Translations under genes and position numbers: made by a program | Notes under the pieces: generated by a model | What the model saw: only the letters and a program-made list of their open reading frames with translations | Databases searched by the model: none | What the model was told of the DNA's origin: nothing | Assembly: GCA_963663865.1 (NCBI GenBank) | Contig: OY760686.1 | Location: 1,376,001-1,440,000 of the forward strand | Source: Spirochaetota bacterium | GTDB lineage: Bacteria; Spirochaetota; UBA4802; UBA5550 | Length of the DNA stretch: 64,000 nucleotides | Reading direction: 5' to 3' | Part shown: positions 38,431-47,880 of the stretch, in pieces | Numbering within the stretch: position 1 is the first letter of the stretch | Layout of the letters: the number at the start of each line of letters is the position of its first letter

Positions 38431-39651
38431 ATGGAAGAAATAATGGTCGGTCTTGATATAGGTACCACAAAAACATGCGCTGTCATAGGCCGCATGAATG
38501 AGAATAACCAGGTTGAAATTGCCGGAGTGGGTGTCGCTCCCTCGACAGGTCTAAAAAACGGGATTATTGTAAATATTGACAATACGGCAGCAGCTATTCA
38601 GAAGGCTATTGAAGATGCCGAGCTTATGGCCGGCTATGAGGTCACCAATGTCTGTGTCGGAATGAGCGGGCAGCATATTAAGGGGCAAAACTCCAGAGGA
38701 GTTGTGGCGATTTCAAACAGGAACAGGACAATAACTGAAACAGAGGTCAAGAGGGTCGTTGAAGCGGCTCAGGCTGTTGTGATACCTCCTGACAGAGAGA
38801 TTATGCATGTCCTTTCAAAGGAGTTCTCAGTTGATGATCAGACTGGAATCAAAGACCCCATCGGGATGAGCGGCGTAAGGCTGGAAGCTGAAGTGCATAT
38901 TATCACCGGTTCAACCACAAGTATTCAGAACATGATGAAGTCCGTAGACAGAGCCGGTTTCGGATTTAACGACATTATTTTCAACGCTCTTGCTTCCGCT
39001 GATGCCGTAATAAGCAGTGACGAAAAGGAGCTTGGTGTCGCCCTTGTCGATATCGGAGGCGGTACTACGGATATCATCGTATTTCTGGAAGGCGGTGTCG
39101 CGTATTCTTCGGTACTCTCTGTCGGCGGAATTCACGTTACAAACGATATTTCTATCGGGTTGAGGACTCCTCTCGAATCCGCGGAGATGATAAAGCGGAA
39201 GTACGGTTGTGCAGTTCTTGATCTTGTTGACGCTTCAGAGATGGTAGAGGTGCCGTCCGTCGGGGGCAGGGCGCCCCGCAGGCTCTTCAGACAGGAGCTT
39301 ACTCAGATAATCGAACCCAGAATGACTGAGATAATGGAGATGGCCTCGCTTGAGCTGACCAGAAGCGGTAAGAAGGATATTCTCGCTGCCGGCATAGTCA
39401 TTACCGGAGGAGGCAGTATGCTGGACGGCTGTATTGAGGCAGGCGAGCGTGTTTTTAATATGCCCGTTCGAATTGGCGTTCCCAGGGATATCGCCGGACT
39501 TAAGGACGTGGTGAATACTCCTCAGTACGCTAACGGTGTGGGGCTTCTGAAATACGGGATCAGAATGAACCGCTACAAGAAGCCGCGGTTTGAAAAGGGC
39601 AAGGTGTCACTTGCCGGACGTATCAGGAAGTGGATGCAGGATTATCTTTAG
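38431..39651 (+). CDS. ftsA: Cell division protein FtsA
   Basis: GLDIGTTK, GMSGVRLE, VDIGGGTTD, GGIHVTNDI, ITGGGS; amphipathic C-tail RIRKWMQDYL. Confidence 0.98.
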   Translation: MEEIMVGLDIGTTKTCAVIGRMNENNQVEIAGVGVAPSTGLKNGIIVNIDNTAAAIQKAIEDAELMAGYEVTNVCVGMSGQHIKGQNSRGVVAISNRNRTITETEVKRVVEAAQAVVIPPDREIMHVLSKEFSVDDQTGIKDPIGMSGVRLEAEVHIITGSTTSIQNMMKSVDRAGFGFNDIIFNALASADAVISSDEKELGVALVDIGGGTTDIIVFLEGGVAYSSVLSVGGIHVTNDISIGLRTPLESAEMIKRKYGCAVLDLVDASEMVEVPSVGGRAPRRLFRQELTQIIEPRMTEIMEMASLELTRSGKKDILAAGIVITGGGSMLDGCIEAGERVFNMPVRIGVPRDIAGLKDVVNTPQYANGVGLLKYGIRMNRYKKPRFEKGKVSLAGRIRKWMQDYL

Positions 39652-39887
39652 GATCAAGGGCATTAGTCCGATAAAGTGGTTAAGCTGTTGAAATTGACTT
39701 TAAGCTGCATGAGTCGTGTTTCAAAGGTGAAATTTGATTAATATGGTCATTAATGACCTGGTATATTAATTAAATTTAATATAGATTATTGATTTTTTTG
39801 GCACTTAAATTAATCTGTATCGTTTTTTTCTTGCTTAATGAGACATAATAAATACAATGCTTTTCAACACAGTATTGGGGAGGAACA

Positions 39888-41066
39888 ATGTTCAAGTTAG
39901 AAGAGGAAAAACCCTTAAACACCGTTATAAAGGTTGTTGGTGTCGGGGGTGCCGGAACAAATGCCGTCAACAGAATGATCGCGACCGGTATGACCGGAAT
40001 TGAATTCATTGTAGCCAATACGGATGCACAGCAGCTTCGTGACAGCCTTGCGTCTGAAAAAATTCAGCTCGGAAACAAGCTGACTCGCGGTCTTGGTGCG
40101 GGAGCAGACCCAGAAATAGGCAGAAAGGCGGCCACTGAGGATAGAGACCGGATAGAAAAGGCGCTTGCCGGCGCTGATATGATATTTATTACAGCCGGTA
40201 TGGGCGGTGGAACAGGAACAGGAGCCGCTCCCATAGTTGCTGAGGTGGCAAAAGAGCAGGGCGCTCTCGTCGTAGGTGTAGTAACAAAGCCCTTCAAAGT
40301 GGAAGGGAAGAGGCGTGGAACCCGAGCTGAAGAGGGTATTCAGAACCTTAAGCAGAAGGTTGATACCCTTATTACTATACCAAATGATCTGCTCCTGAAG
40401 ATAATAGATAAAAGGACGCCTATCGAGGACGCGTTCAAACTCGCTGATGATATTCTGCGCCAGGGCGTTCAGGGCATAGCCGATCTAATCATGATTACAG
40501 GCATAGTCAATGTAGACTTCGCAGACGTCCGCACTGTCATGAGCGAGACTGGAGACGCTTTAATGGGAGTTGGAATCGGCAGCGGTGAAAACAAGGCTAT
40601 GGAAGCCATATCCATGGCTATAAACAGCCCCCTGCTTGAGGAGACGAGTATTGAAGGAGCAAAGGCGGTACTGATCAATATTGCAGGCGGAAACGATCTT
40701 TCTCTTCATGAGGTTAATGAGGTAACTGAGATAGTTCAGAACCAGGTTGATCCTGACGCCAACATTATTTTTGGAACTACTGTGGATGCCGCTCTGGATG
40801 ACCGAATAAGGGTTACAGTCATCGCGACTGGTTTCGACAAGAAAAAGAACATGCTGACAAAGCAGCGTCCCGTCTCAAGGGAGCTTGACCATAAAACCGG
40901 AACGCCTCTCACAGTTATTGAGGGAAATTCCGAGAATCAGAGGCCATCCGCGGTGCCTGACAGAAATAAGTTCAGCCTTAGCTTCGAAAGAGATACGCGG
41001 AGAAGAACTGATTTCTCCAATGAGGATCTCGATATTCCTACCTTTTTGCGAAGAGGGGCAGAGTAA
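39888..41066 (+). CDS. ftsZ: Cell division protein FtsZ
   Basis: [27 protein letters not shown]; C-terminal DLDIPTFLR. Confidence 0.99.
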   Translation: MFKLEEEKPLNTVIKVVGVGGAGTNAVNRMIATGMTGIEFIVANTDAQQLRDSLASEKIQLGNKLTRGLGAGADPEIGRKAATEDRDRIEKALAGADMIFITAGMGGGTGTGAAPIVAEVAKEQGALVVGVVTKPFKVEGKRRGTRAEEGIQNLKQKVDTLITIPNDLLLKIIDKRTPIEDAFKLADDILRQGVQGIADLIMITGIVNVDFADVRTVMSETGDALMGVGIGSGENKAMEAISMAINSPLLEETSIEGAKAVLINIAGGNDLSLHEVNEVTEIVQNQVDPDANIIFGTTVDAALDDRIRVTVIATGFDKKKNMLTKQRPVSRELDHKTGTPLTVIEGNSENQRPSAVPDRNKFSLSFERDTRRRTDFSNEDLDIPTFLRRGAE

Positions 41067-41073
41067 TAATTCG

Positions 41074-41104
41074 GGCCGGTTTTGAAACCGGCCGCGTTTT
41101 TTTT
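41074..41104 (+). terminator. Intrinsic terminator of ftsZ
   Basis: GGCCGGTTT-tg-AAACCGGCC followed by a T8 tract. Confidence 0.85.
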
Positions 41105-41105
41105 G

Positions 41106-42836
41106 TTATTTTACTATTTTGTATTCCACCCTGCGGTTGAGGTCATTGTACAGGAGCCCTTTTGTTTTTACGGCAGGCCGTTTTGAACCATAGCCCCGGG
41201 TGGTGAGCCTTTTTGGGTCAATTCCCATCTTAATGAAGTAGTCGCGTACAGCACGCGCTCTTTTCAGGCTGATTGTGTAGTTTGCCTTCCGGCTTCCCCG
41301 TTCGTCCGAATGTCCCATGATTCGAAGTTTGATTTCAGGATTTTGACGCAGGTGTTCTATCGTTCTGTGCAGTCCGGTTATCTCAGAAACACGTATTTTC
41401 GGCGAGTTAAAATCAAAATATACCGGATTAAGCCAGTTTGAAGAGCCTTTCAGATCTGACTTCACCTGAATATCCGCTTTAACAATTGAACCCGGGACTA
41501 CATCGGCGCGGGTATCTCCTTCAATAAGCTTCCCGTCGAGAGGGCAAATCTCTACAGAGGTAACGTCGCTTTTCGGAAAGATAATTACTCTTCCGTCTAC
41601 GATACTTCGAGTGATCTCCCTGACCTTTTCTTCGCCCGAGTAAAGCTTTATAAGGAATCTCCCGTCAGCCTGATTATTTGCGCCGATATTATGTAGATTA
41701 TAAACAATCCTGGTGCGTCCGTCAGCTGCCGTTTTTATGTCGGTTTCATCTGCGTCATTTGCCGGCTGAACGGGAATCTCAGCCGGTTTTTGAGGTTCGG
41801 GGGGCCTGGAGGCAGGCGAGTCTTCGAGCATTACAAGCTCCGGAAGCGATATTTGCACGTTTGCTTTATCATTGTCATTTACAGATTTTTCGGGAGACGC
41901 GGTTTTTTCGCCTGATAGGGGTTGTTGAAAGCTGGGCGCTGAGGGTAAAGTCAGCTCATAGATATCATATCCGCCGAAGGAGTTGAGCCGGTCGGAGCAA
42001 AAATATGCTTTTTTTTCTGATGAACTCATGAACAGCTCATTGGAACTTGAATTTATCTCCGGGCCGAGGTTGACAGCACGCGAGTCGGCAGTAAGCGGCT
42101 CACTGACATGGTAGATATCCCATCCGCCAAAACCGCCGGCCCTTCTTGAAGCGAAATAAAACCCTCCGCCCGGCGACGGGGTCGGGGCCATCTCGTAGGA
42201 GCCGGTATTTACGGGATAAGGCATTTCAACCGCGCCTATGTATCTTCCCTCTGTAAAGACAGCGAACATGATTTTTGAATTTCGAATATTGCTGAAACGC
42301 CATCTTGAGAAATAGATAGTCTTTTTGTCAGTGCTCAGAGAGGGCGTTCGTTCATTCCATGTTGTATTTACCTCACCAGGAACCGGAACGGGTATGGACC
42401 ATTCTCCATTGATCTTATGTGAAATATATATGTCATAAGTTATCCTGGCGACACCATCGGCGGTTACCGAAGGCCTTAGGCTGCCCTCGCGGTCTGTTGA
42501 AAAAACAATAGCTGTCCCATCCGGCGATATATATGGCGTTTCGTCGTTGGACGGTGAGTTGAGGATTTCAAAAGGAGCGGGGTCAGACCATGACCCATTT
42601 TCATAGGTCGCCATAAAAATGTCGTGATTATTTGAACCTTCCGGCTGTCTGCTGAAAAGCATAGTCTTGCCGTCGGCTGTGACGGAAGGCCCGTAATCGT
42701 CAAGGGATGTGTTCAAAGTATTCCCGGCATTCAGGGGTTTTGAGCCTGAAACCGGATGTTTGCCTTCGGCTGAAAGCGCTGTGGAAATGAATAACGCAAA
42801 AGCCAAACAGATAATGTTGAATGTATTGTTTTTCAA
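41106..42836 (-). CDS. PD40 (TolB-like propeller) plus OmpA C-terminal peptidoglycan-binding protein
   Basis: Repeats of P-x-x-S/T-x-DG..F.S.R; C-terminal VYFDFN...GHSDERG..N..SLKRA..V...NRRVE. Confidence 0.9.
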   Translation of the reverse strand: MKNNTFNIICLAFALFISTALSAEGKHPVSGSKPLNAGNTLNTSLDDYGPSVTADGKTMLFSRQPEGSNNHDIFMATYENGSWSDPAPFEILNSPSNDETPYISPDGTAIVFSTDREGSLRPSVTADGVARITYDIYISHKINGEWSIPVPVPGEVNTTWNERTPSLSTDKKTIYFSRWRFSNIRNSKIMFAVFTEGRYIGAVEMPYPVNTGSYEMAPTPSPGGGFYFASRRAGGFGGWDIYHVSEPLTADSRAVNLGPEINSSSNELFMSSSEKKAYFCSDRLNSFGGYDIYELTLPSAPSFQQPLSGEKTASPEKSVNDNDKANVQISLPELVMLEDSPASRPPEPQKPAEIPVQPANDADETDIKTAADGRTRIVYNLHNIGANNQADGRFLIKLYSGEEKVREITRSIVDGRVIIFPKSDVTSVEICPLDGKLIEGDTRADVVPGSIVKADIQVKSDLKGSSNWLNPVYFDFNSPKIRVSEITGLHRTIEHLRQNPEIKLRIMGHSDERGSRKANYTISLKRARAVRDYFIKMGIDPKRLTTRGYGSKRPAVKTKGLLYNDLNRRVEYKIVK

Positions 42837-43174
42837 TGTATAAGGCCCCCGGAATCAAATTGTTCTCGGAATTGCACGCCCGGATGTATGCAAAAAGCGG
42901 ACAATCGTATTAATAGATATGCTAAATGTATTCAGTTATCAAGCACAATCACGCGATGAGGCGGTAAAGTGCTCATAATGTATTTTCGATAAAAAAACGG
43001 CTCATCTTCAGTCAATAAATGTAACAATGCACATTTATTGAATCTTCTCAAAAAGACATGCTTTATAGCTTTATGTCAGGGTAACTGTCTTGAGCCGCGC
43101 GGATATTGTTTTCTTTCCGGATGCAATCGCGATAATTCACCGCGTTTCATTACAATCATTTTCGAATTCAAATA

Positions 43175-43202
43175 TAAATGAAAATCGGCAATGGGCCGAT
43201 AA
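43175..43202 (+). promoter_or_regulatory. Sigma28 (FliA)-type promoter
   Basis: TAAA-N16-GCCGATAA, 14 nt upstream of the GGAGG RBS of the 43229 gene. Confidence 0.6.
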
Positions 43203-43228
43203 GTCTATTAGATAATGGAGGTTCCTTG

Positions 43229-44059
43229 ATGAGGATAATTTGTGCCTGTATAATGACTGTATTTATAGCATCCGCTGCCGTGATACCGGCAGTTTCGCAG
43301 GATAGCTATGAGGACTACCGTTATCAGAGAGATACCTATAACAGGGATTACCCTTACCAGAGATCGGATGACGGCAAGACAAGACGGGAAAGCCCACTTT
43401 CCGATGTAAGCGTAAGGGAAAAGGAGGACTTTCTCGACGATCTCCGCGGTGCTGTACGGGATGAGATAGATACAAGTATTAGCAAGGAAAGGAAAGCCAG
43501 CACCCAAAAAATAAATGAAAACAAGCTGATAAGAGACGTAAGGCGCATTGTCAAAGAAGAAATTGAAGATGCGATTAAGATCAAGGAAAAGAGGTATCTC
43601 ACAGGAGGAACATGGGAATTAGGAGGTTTCGTATCAGCTCAGTTCAAGGGGCTCTCCAGCAGCGAGGAGGACAATAACTTCAGGTTCCGAATTCAGCCTA
43701 CTGTGAACTACTTTATATTTGAAAACATGGCTCTGAGCCTCAGAGGCGAGGCGGACTTCAATGTGACAGCAAGCTCTCAGATATATAATGCCGGAGCAGG
43801 GCCGATGTTTGTTTTCGGGCTCGACAGAAAGGAGACTATCTGTTTCTATACTACCATTTTCGCCGGTGTCAGCATGAACACAACACTGCAGAATCAAATG
43901 GGTTTCCGGTACGGGAACGAGTTTGGATTTAAGTTTATTCTGACAAGCGGAGTGATTCTCAATTTCGGGGCCCTTGTGGCATTTGATAATGCCGGTGATT
44001 CCATGGAGGGATTTCAGAATATCATAATTCCGACAATGGGTGTTACCGCCTGGTTCTAG
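43229..44059 (+). CDS. Hypothetical exported protein with C-terminal outer-membrane beta-barrel
   Basis: Signal peptide, helical repeat region, alternating beta-strands ending GVTAWF (BAM-type terminal Phe). Confidence 0.7.
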   Translation: MRIICACIMTVFIASAAVIPAVSQDSYEDYRYQRDTYNRDYPYQRSDDGKTRRESPLSDVSVREKEDFLDDLRGAVRDEIDTSISKERKASTQKINENKLIRDVRRIVKEEIEDAIKIKEKRYLTGGTWELGGFVSAQFKGLSSSEEDNNFRFRIQPTVNYFIFENMALSLRGEADFNVTASSQIYNAGAGPMFVFGLDRKETICFYTTIFAGVSMNTTLQNQMGFRYGNEFGFKFILTSGVILNFGALVAFDNAGDSMEGFQNIIIPTMGVTAWF

Positions 44060-45021
44060 AGCCCTCTCTCGTCAGATGACGGGTAATCCTCAATGATTTT
44101 AAGTGATGAGTATTTCGGATGTTTTGAAGACTCGTGTTTTCTTCCGAAAATTATTATTATCTCTGTCTTGAAGTTTTCCCTGATTATAAAATAGTATTCC
44201 GCGGCAAGCTTTCTCAGAAGGTCAATGCCGCGTCCTGTTTCTGATATCATATCTGAAACATCTTCTCCCGTCTCTGCTGACTTCAGTAGAATTTCCTCCT
44301 GTATAAGCGCTCTGTTGATGCTTGCCAGTATCTTTTCACGGGTCAGTTTGCCGTTGTAGTCGGTAATGGAAACGCCATAGCAGCTGGCCGACAGGGCAAG
44401 AGCTATATCCACCCTGCTGCCGGTAAGTGTAACCGGAAGTCTTCTTTCCTTTTCAGCAGTCAGCCCGTGGGAATGATAAACGGCGTTTACCGTCATCTCA
44501 TTTAAAAGCAAATTGAAGGCCATTCTGTTTTTGACCTCATAGCCGCCCTTAATCAGCTTTTCGTAGAGAAGCTGAATGGAGCTGGCGATCTGTCCGGACT
44601 TTGTTATGCTGATCCTGAAGGACTGCAGCGGGCCGGGCATATAGTTGTTCAGCCCGAAGATGTTTTCACGGTTAATCAGCTTGTCGCTGAGAATCAGCAG
44701 CTCATGTTCATCGATAGGCCAGGCGAGCACATTGCCTATTCCCTCCTTAAAAATACGGTTGAAGTAGTAGTCAATCTCGCGGTCTGATATCATAATCGCG
44801 GGAATAAAAGGATAGTTTTCCTTCAGATACTCGTAAAGGGCGAATGAGTTGTCGCCGGGCAGCTCAATCGCGCTTACGACAAGGTCAAAGCTCAGCGAGT
44901 TTAGTTTGAGTATCGCGTCGAAAGCGTTTTTCGAAAGCAGAGGTACGTATCCGTTTCTTTGATAGATGCCGCAGAGAAGGTGTCCGCAGTTTGAGTTATC
45001 GACGATAAGAATATTTTTCAT
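44056..45021 (-). CDS. Receiver-like domain fused to RsbW-like HATPase_c domain
   Basis: MKNILIVDN...FDLVVSAIELPG receiver fold; NEMTVNAVYH (N box) and ETGRGIDLLRKL (G box). Confidence 0.75.
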   Translation of the reverse strand: MKNILIVDNSNCGHLLCGIYQRNGYVPLLSKNAFDAILKLNSLSFDLVVSAIELPGDNSFALYEYLKENYPFIPAIMISDREIDYYFNRIFKEGIGNVLAWPIDEHELLILSDKLINRENIFGLNNYMPGPLQSFRISITKSGQIASSIQLLYEKLIKGGYEVKNRMAFNLLLNEMTVNAVYHSHGLTAEKERRLPVTLTGSRVDIALALSASCYGVSITDYNGKLTREKILASINRALIQEEILLKSAETGEDVSDMISETGRGIDLLRKLAAEYYFIIRENFKTEIIIIFGRKHESSKHPKYSSLKIIEDYPSSDERGL

Positions 45022-45191
45022 TTAATAACATAACCCGCTTTTTGAAGCATTAAAATGATAATAAAAACACTAAATATTTAATTGAGTATTGACTTTGTTG
45101 TGATACTGAATAAACTTATATTATAGAAGGGCAACCGGCCTGTTTTGTCAACCCAGATAGGCGGTTTTTATTACATTGCGGAGAGAGAGCT

Positions 45192-45911
45192 ATGAAAAAA
45201 ACAGCTTTACTGTTAGTATGCATTGCGGCGGCTGGATTGTCTGCCGACTTGGGCGCGCAGGATAATACAAAGCAGAAAGAGTACAGCCTCAGCTCTAAAG
45301 TCCTTGAGGAACAGTGCAAAGAGCTTGATACGGAAATACTCAATATCACAAAAAAACTGGCTACTATAGTAAAGGACACCGATCTTCTGAAGACAAAGGA
45401 TATCCGGATTTTGCCATATCAGAGCTCGTATAGAATAGGCGATGACTATATTGAGATTGAAAGGCATAAGTATATAAAGGCAAACTCCTATCTGAATAAT
45501 CCGGCAGGCATTGGAGACATAAGGGGTATACGCAAGAAGAGTCTGAGAGTTTATATCTCCGGGCAGACAATCAGCAAGCTTGAATCGAGAATCAGCGAAA
45601 AGATGTTTAACTCGGGAGAGCTTTTGGAGATTACAATAACCGACACATCGCCTCTTGACGAGAATACGGACGATATAACATTCACTCAGATGTACAAGAA
45701 CAGGAAGATATTTGAGAATAAGAAGCTTGGAGACATTAAAAATACAACTGCTTCTCCTATACGAAACGAAATCAAGAGGGATTTTATAGTGCCTCATCTT
45801 ACACAGTTTTTTAATTCGCTGATGTTTATTACCGAGGCCTATGCGCGTTCGAATAAGGATTCTGACAAGGACATGGCGGAGTTTTTAAGAAAAGCGGCAC
45901 AGTTTCAATAG
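45192..45911 (+). CDS. Exported protein resembling the Leptospira flagellar sheath/coiling protein FcpB
   Basis: Signal peptide; ELDTEILNI, IRILPYQ and NTTASPIRNEIKRDFIVPHLTQF resemble FcpB segments as recalled from memory (not searched). Confidence 0.6.
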   Translation: MKKTALLLVCIAAAGLSADLGAQDNTKQKEYSLSSKVLEEQCKELDTEILNITKKLATIVKDTDLLKTKDIRILPYQSSYRIGDDYIEIERHKYIKANSYLNNPAGIGDIRGIRKKSLRVYISGQTISKLESRISEKMFNSGELLEITITDTSPLDENTDDITFTQMYKNRKIFENKKLGDIKNTTASPIRNEIKRDFIVPHLTQFFNSLMFITEAYARSNKDSDKDMAEFLRKAAQFQ

Positions 45912-45923
45912 GAAATCTGCTCA

Positions 45924-46706
45924 TCAGCTTAAATCAAGTTTAAATATTCTGGCTGTGTTTGCGGTTGCGGCGTCCGCCGTTTCCTCAGTACTCAGCCCGA
46001 GCAGTTCAGCCGCGGCCCTGAGATTGAATACGATATTTGCAGGCTCATTGAACTGTTCATCTCCGTGCTTTTTTTCAACGGGGGGGATGTCCGGGCTGTC
46101 GGTCTCAAGCAAAAAGTGATCCGGGAAAATCCTTCGGAGCATCTTTGCTCTTTTTGGGCTGTTGCGGTAAGTCAGTATACCGCCAAGTGAAAAGGCTATG
46201 TTGAGCCTGATGAAGACCTCGGCAATCTCAGCGCTTCCCGAGAAAGAGTGAATGATGCCCCCCGCCGGCAGGCCGCCGATCCTTATGATTGACCTTGCCG
46301 CTTCCTCGAAGGCTCCGCGGCAGTGCATGATGACGGGAAGTCCGAGCTCTTTCGCTATGGACAGCTGAGCTTCGAAGAATTCAAGCTGCATGTCGAAAGG
46401 GACCGGCGCTTTTTTTTTGTCGAGCCCGATTTCTCCGATGGCTGCGGCCCCTCTTTTCCCGGCGAGATACAGGGCGTCAAGGCTTACACTGTCACACTGT
46501 TTGATATACCAGGGATGAATCCCGTTAGCGAATTCAACCTGGGGGAAACGCCCGGCAAGAGATTCTGAAAGCTCCCACTGTTCCGGTGTGATGGAGCATG
46601 TAATCATCTTTACGACGCCGGCTGAATCAGCTCTCTGGACAATACTGTCAATTCGCTGCAGAAGGCTTTCGCTTTCGAGGTGGCAATGGCAGTCGACAAG
46701 CTTCAT
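45924..46706 (-). CDS. tatD: TatD family hydrolase
   Basis: DCHCHL, GIHPW, IGEIGLD, PVIMHCR, IIHSFSG, LLETDSP, NEPAN. Confidence 0.93.
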   Translation of the reverse strand: MKLVDCHCHLESESLLQRIDSIVQRADSAGVVKMITCSITPEQWELSESLAGRFPQVEFANGIHPWYIKQCDSVSLDALYLAGKRGAAAIGEIGLDKKKAPVPFDMQLEFFEAQLSIAKELGLPVIMHCRGAFEEAARSIIRIGGLPAGGIIHSFSGSAEIAEVFIRLNIAFSLGGILTYRNSPKRAKMLRRIFPDHFLLETDSPDIPPVEKKHGDEQFNEPANIVFNLRAAAELLGLSTEETADAATANTARIFKLDLS

Positions 46707-46707
46707 T

Positions 46708-47124
46708 TTATTCTCCGATTATCTTCACCATCACCCGTTTGGGCCTTCTCCCGTCAAATTCGGCATAGTAGATCTGCTCCCAGGGGCCGAAGTCGAGCTT
46801 GCCTTCGGTAACGGCAATAACCGCTTCGCGTCCCATAATAGTACGCTTGATGTGTGCGTCACCATTGTCCTCTCCGGTCCTGTTATGCAGGTAGCGCCGG
46901 GGCTCGTGAGGCACGAGTTCTTCCAGAAATTTGTCGAAGTCTTGAATGAGCCCGCTTTCGGCATCATTAATATGGATAGAAGCGGTGATATGCATGGCAT
47001 TGACCAGGCAGAGGCCTTCTGTTATTCCGCTTTTGCGCAGTGCCTCTTCAACGTCCCTGGTAATGTTGATGTATTCGCGTCTTGACTCTGTGCTGAAGGT
47101 TAGATATTCCCTGTAAGATTTCAT
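46708..47124 (-). CDS. yjbQ: YjbQ/UPF0047 family protein
   Basis: [37 protein letters not shown]; AGGAGG RBS before ATG 47124. Confidence 0.92.
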   Translation of the reverse strand: MKSYREYLTFSTESRREYINITRDVEEALRKSGITEGLCLVNAMHITASIHINDAESGLIQDFDKFLEELVPHEPRRYLHNRTGEDNGDAHIKRTIMGREAVIAVTEGKLDFGPWEQIYYAEFDGRRPKRVMVKIIGE

Positions 47125-47221
47125 GTTTCCTCCTTTGCGGTGGTATTTGTTCATTTTGAAAGTATTTTATCCAGCGTTTTTTATGTGCTTTGAAGCGGGA
47201 ATCTGAAAACAGAGGTCTATA

Positions 47222-47839
47222 CGCAGGCGGGGATAATATGAGAGCCGTAACACCGAAGGCGAAACGCGGCGCATTCTCCGCCGCAGTCGGGGATATTACA
47301 AAAGCCGCAACGCCGAAGGCGAAACGAGGCACATTCCCCGCCGCAGGCGGGGGATACTGCGAGAGCCGCAACGCCGAAGGCGAAACGAGGCACATTCCCC
47401 GCCGCAGGCGGGGATATTAAAAGAGCTGTAACGCCGAAGGCGAAACGAGGCACATTCCCCGCCGCAGGCGGGGATATTACAAGAACCACAACGCCGAAGG
47501 CGAAACGGGGCGCATTCCCCGCCGCAGGCGGGGGATATTACGAGAACCACAACGCCGAAGGCAAAAGGGGGCGCATTCCCCGCCGCAGGCGGGGGATATT
47601 ACGAGAACCACAACGCCGAAGGCGAAACGGGGCGCATTCCCCGCCGCAGGCGGGGGATATTACAAGAACCACAACGCCGAAGGCGAAACGGGGCGCATTC
47701 CCCGCCGCAGGCGGGGATATTACGAGAACCACAACGCCGAAGGCGAAACGAGGCACATTCCCCGCCGCAGGCGGGGATATTACAAGAACCACAACGCCGA
47801 AGGCGAAACGGGGCGCATTCCCCGCCGCAGGCGGTGATA
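47222..47839. repeat. Tandem array of 10 GC-rich 60/61-bp palindrome-containing units plus a partial 11th
   Basis: Units start at 47222, 47282, 47342, 47403, 47463, 47523, 47584, 47645, 47706, 47766 and 47826 (partial); consensus CGCAGGCGGGG(G)ATATTACRAGAACCACAACGCCGAAGGCGAAACGRGGCRCATTCCCCGC. Confidence 0.97.
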
Positions 47840-47880
47840 CGATCCGTCCAGGTGTGTTTTTTGATGAATCCATATAATGC

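Noticed and set aside
45213-45797. 194-aa antisense ORF (and similar shadow ORFs, e.g. 14171-14773, 12813-13331)
   Set aside because: Each lies wholly opposite a well-supported gene and has no motifs.
47222-47839. CRISPR array
   Set aside because: The variable segments are only ~14 nt and are homologous or identical to each other, not unique spacers; there are no cas genes in the window.
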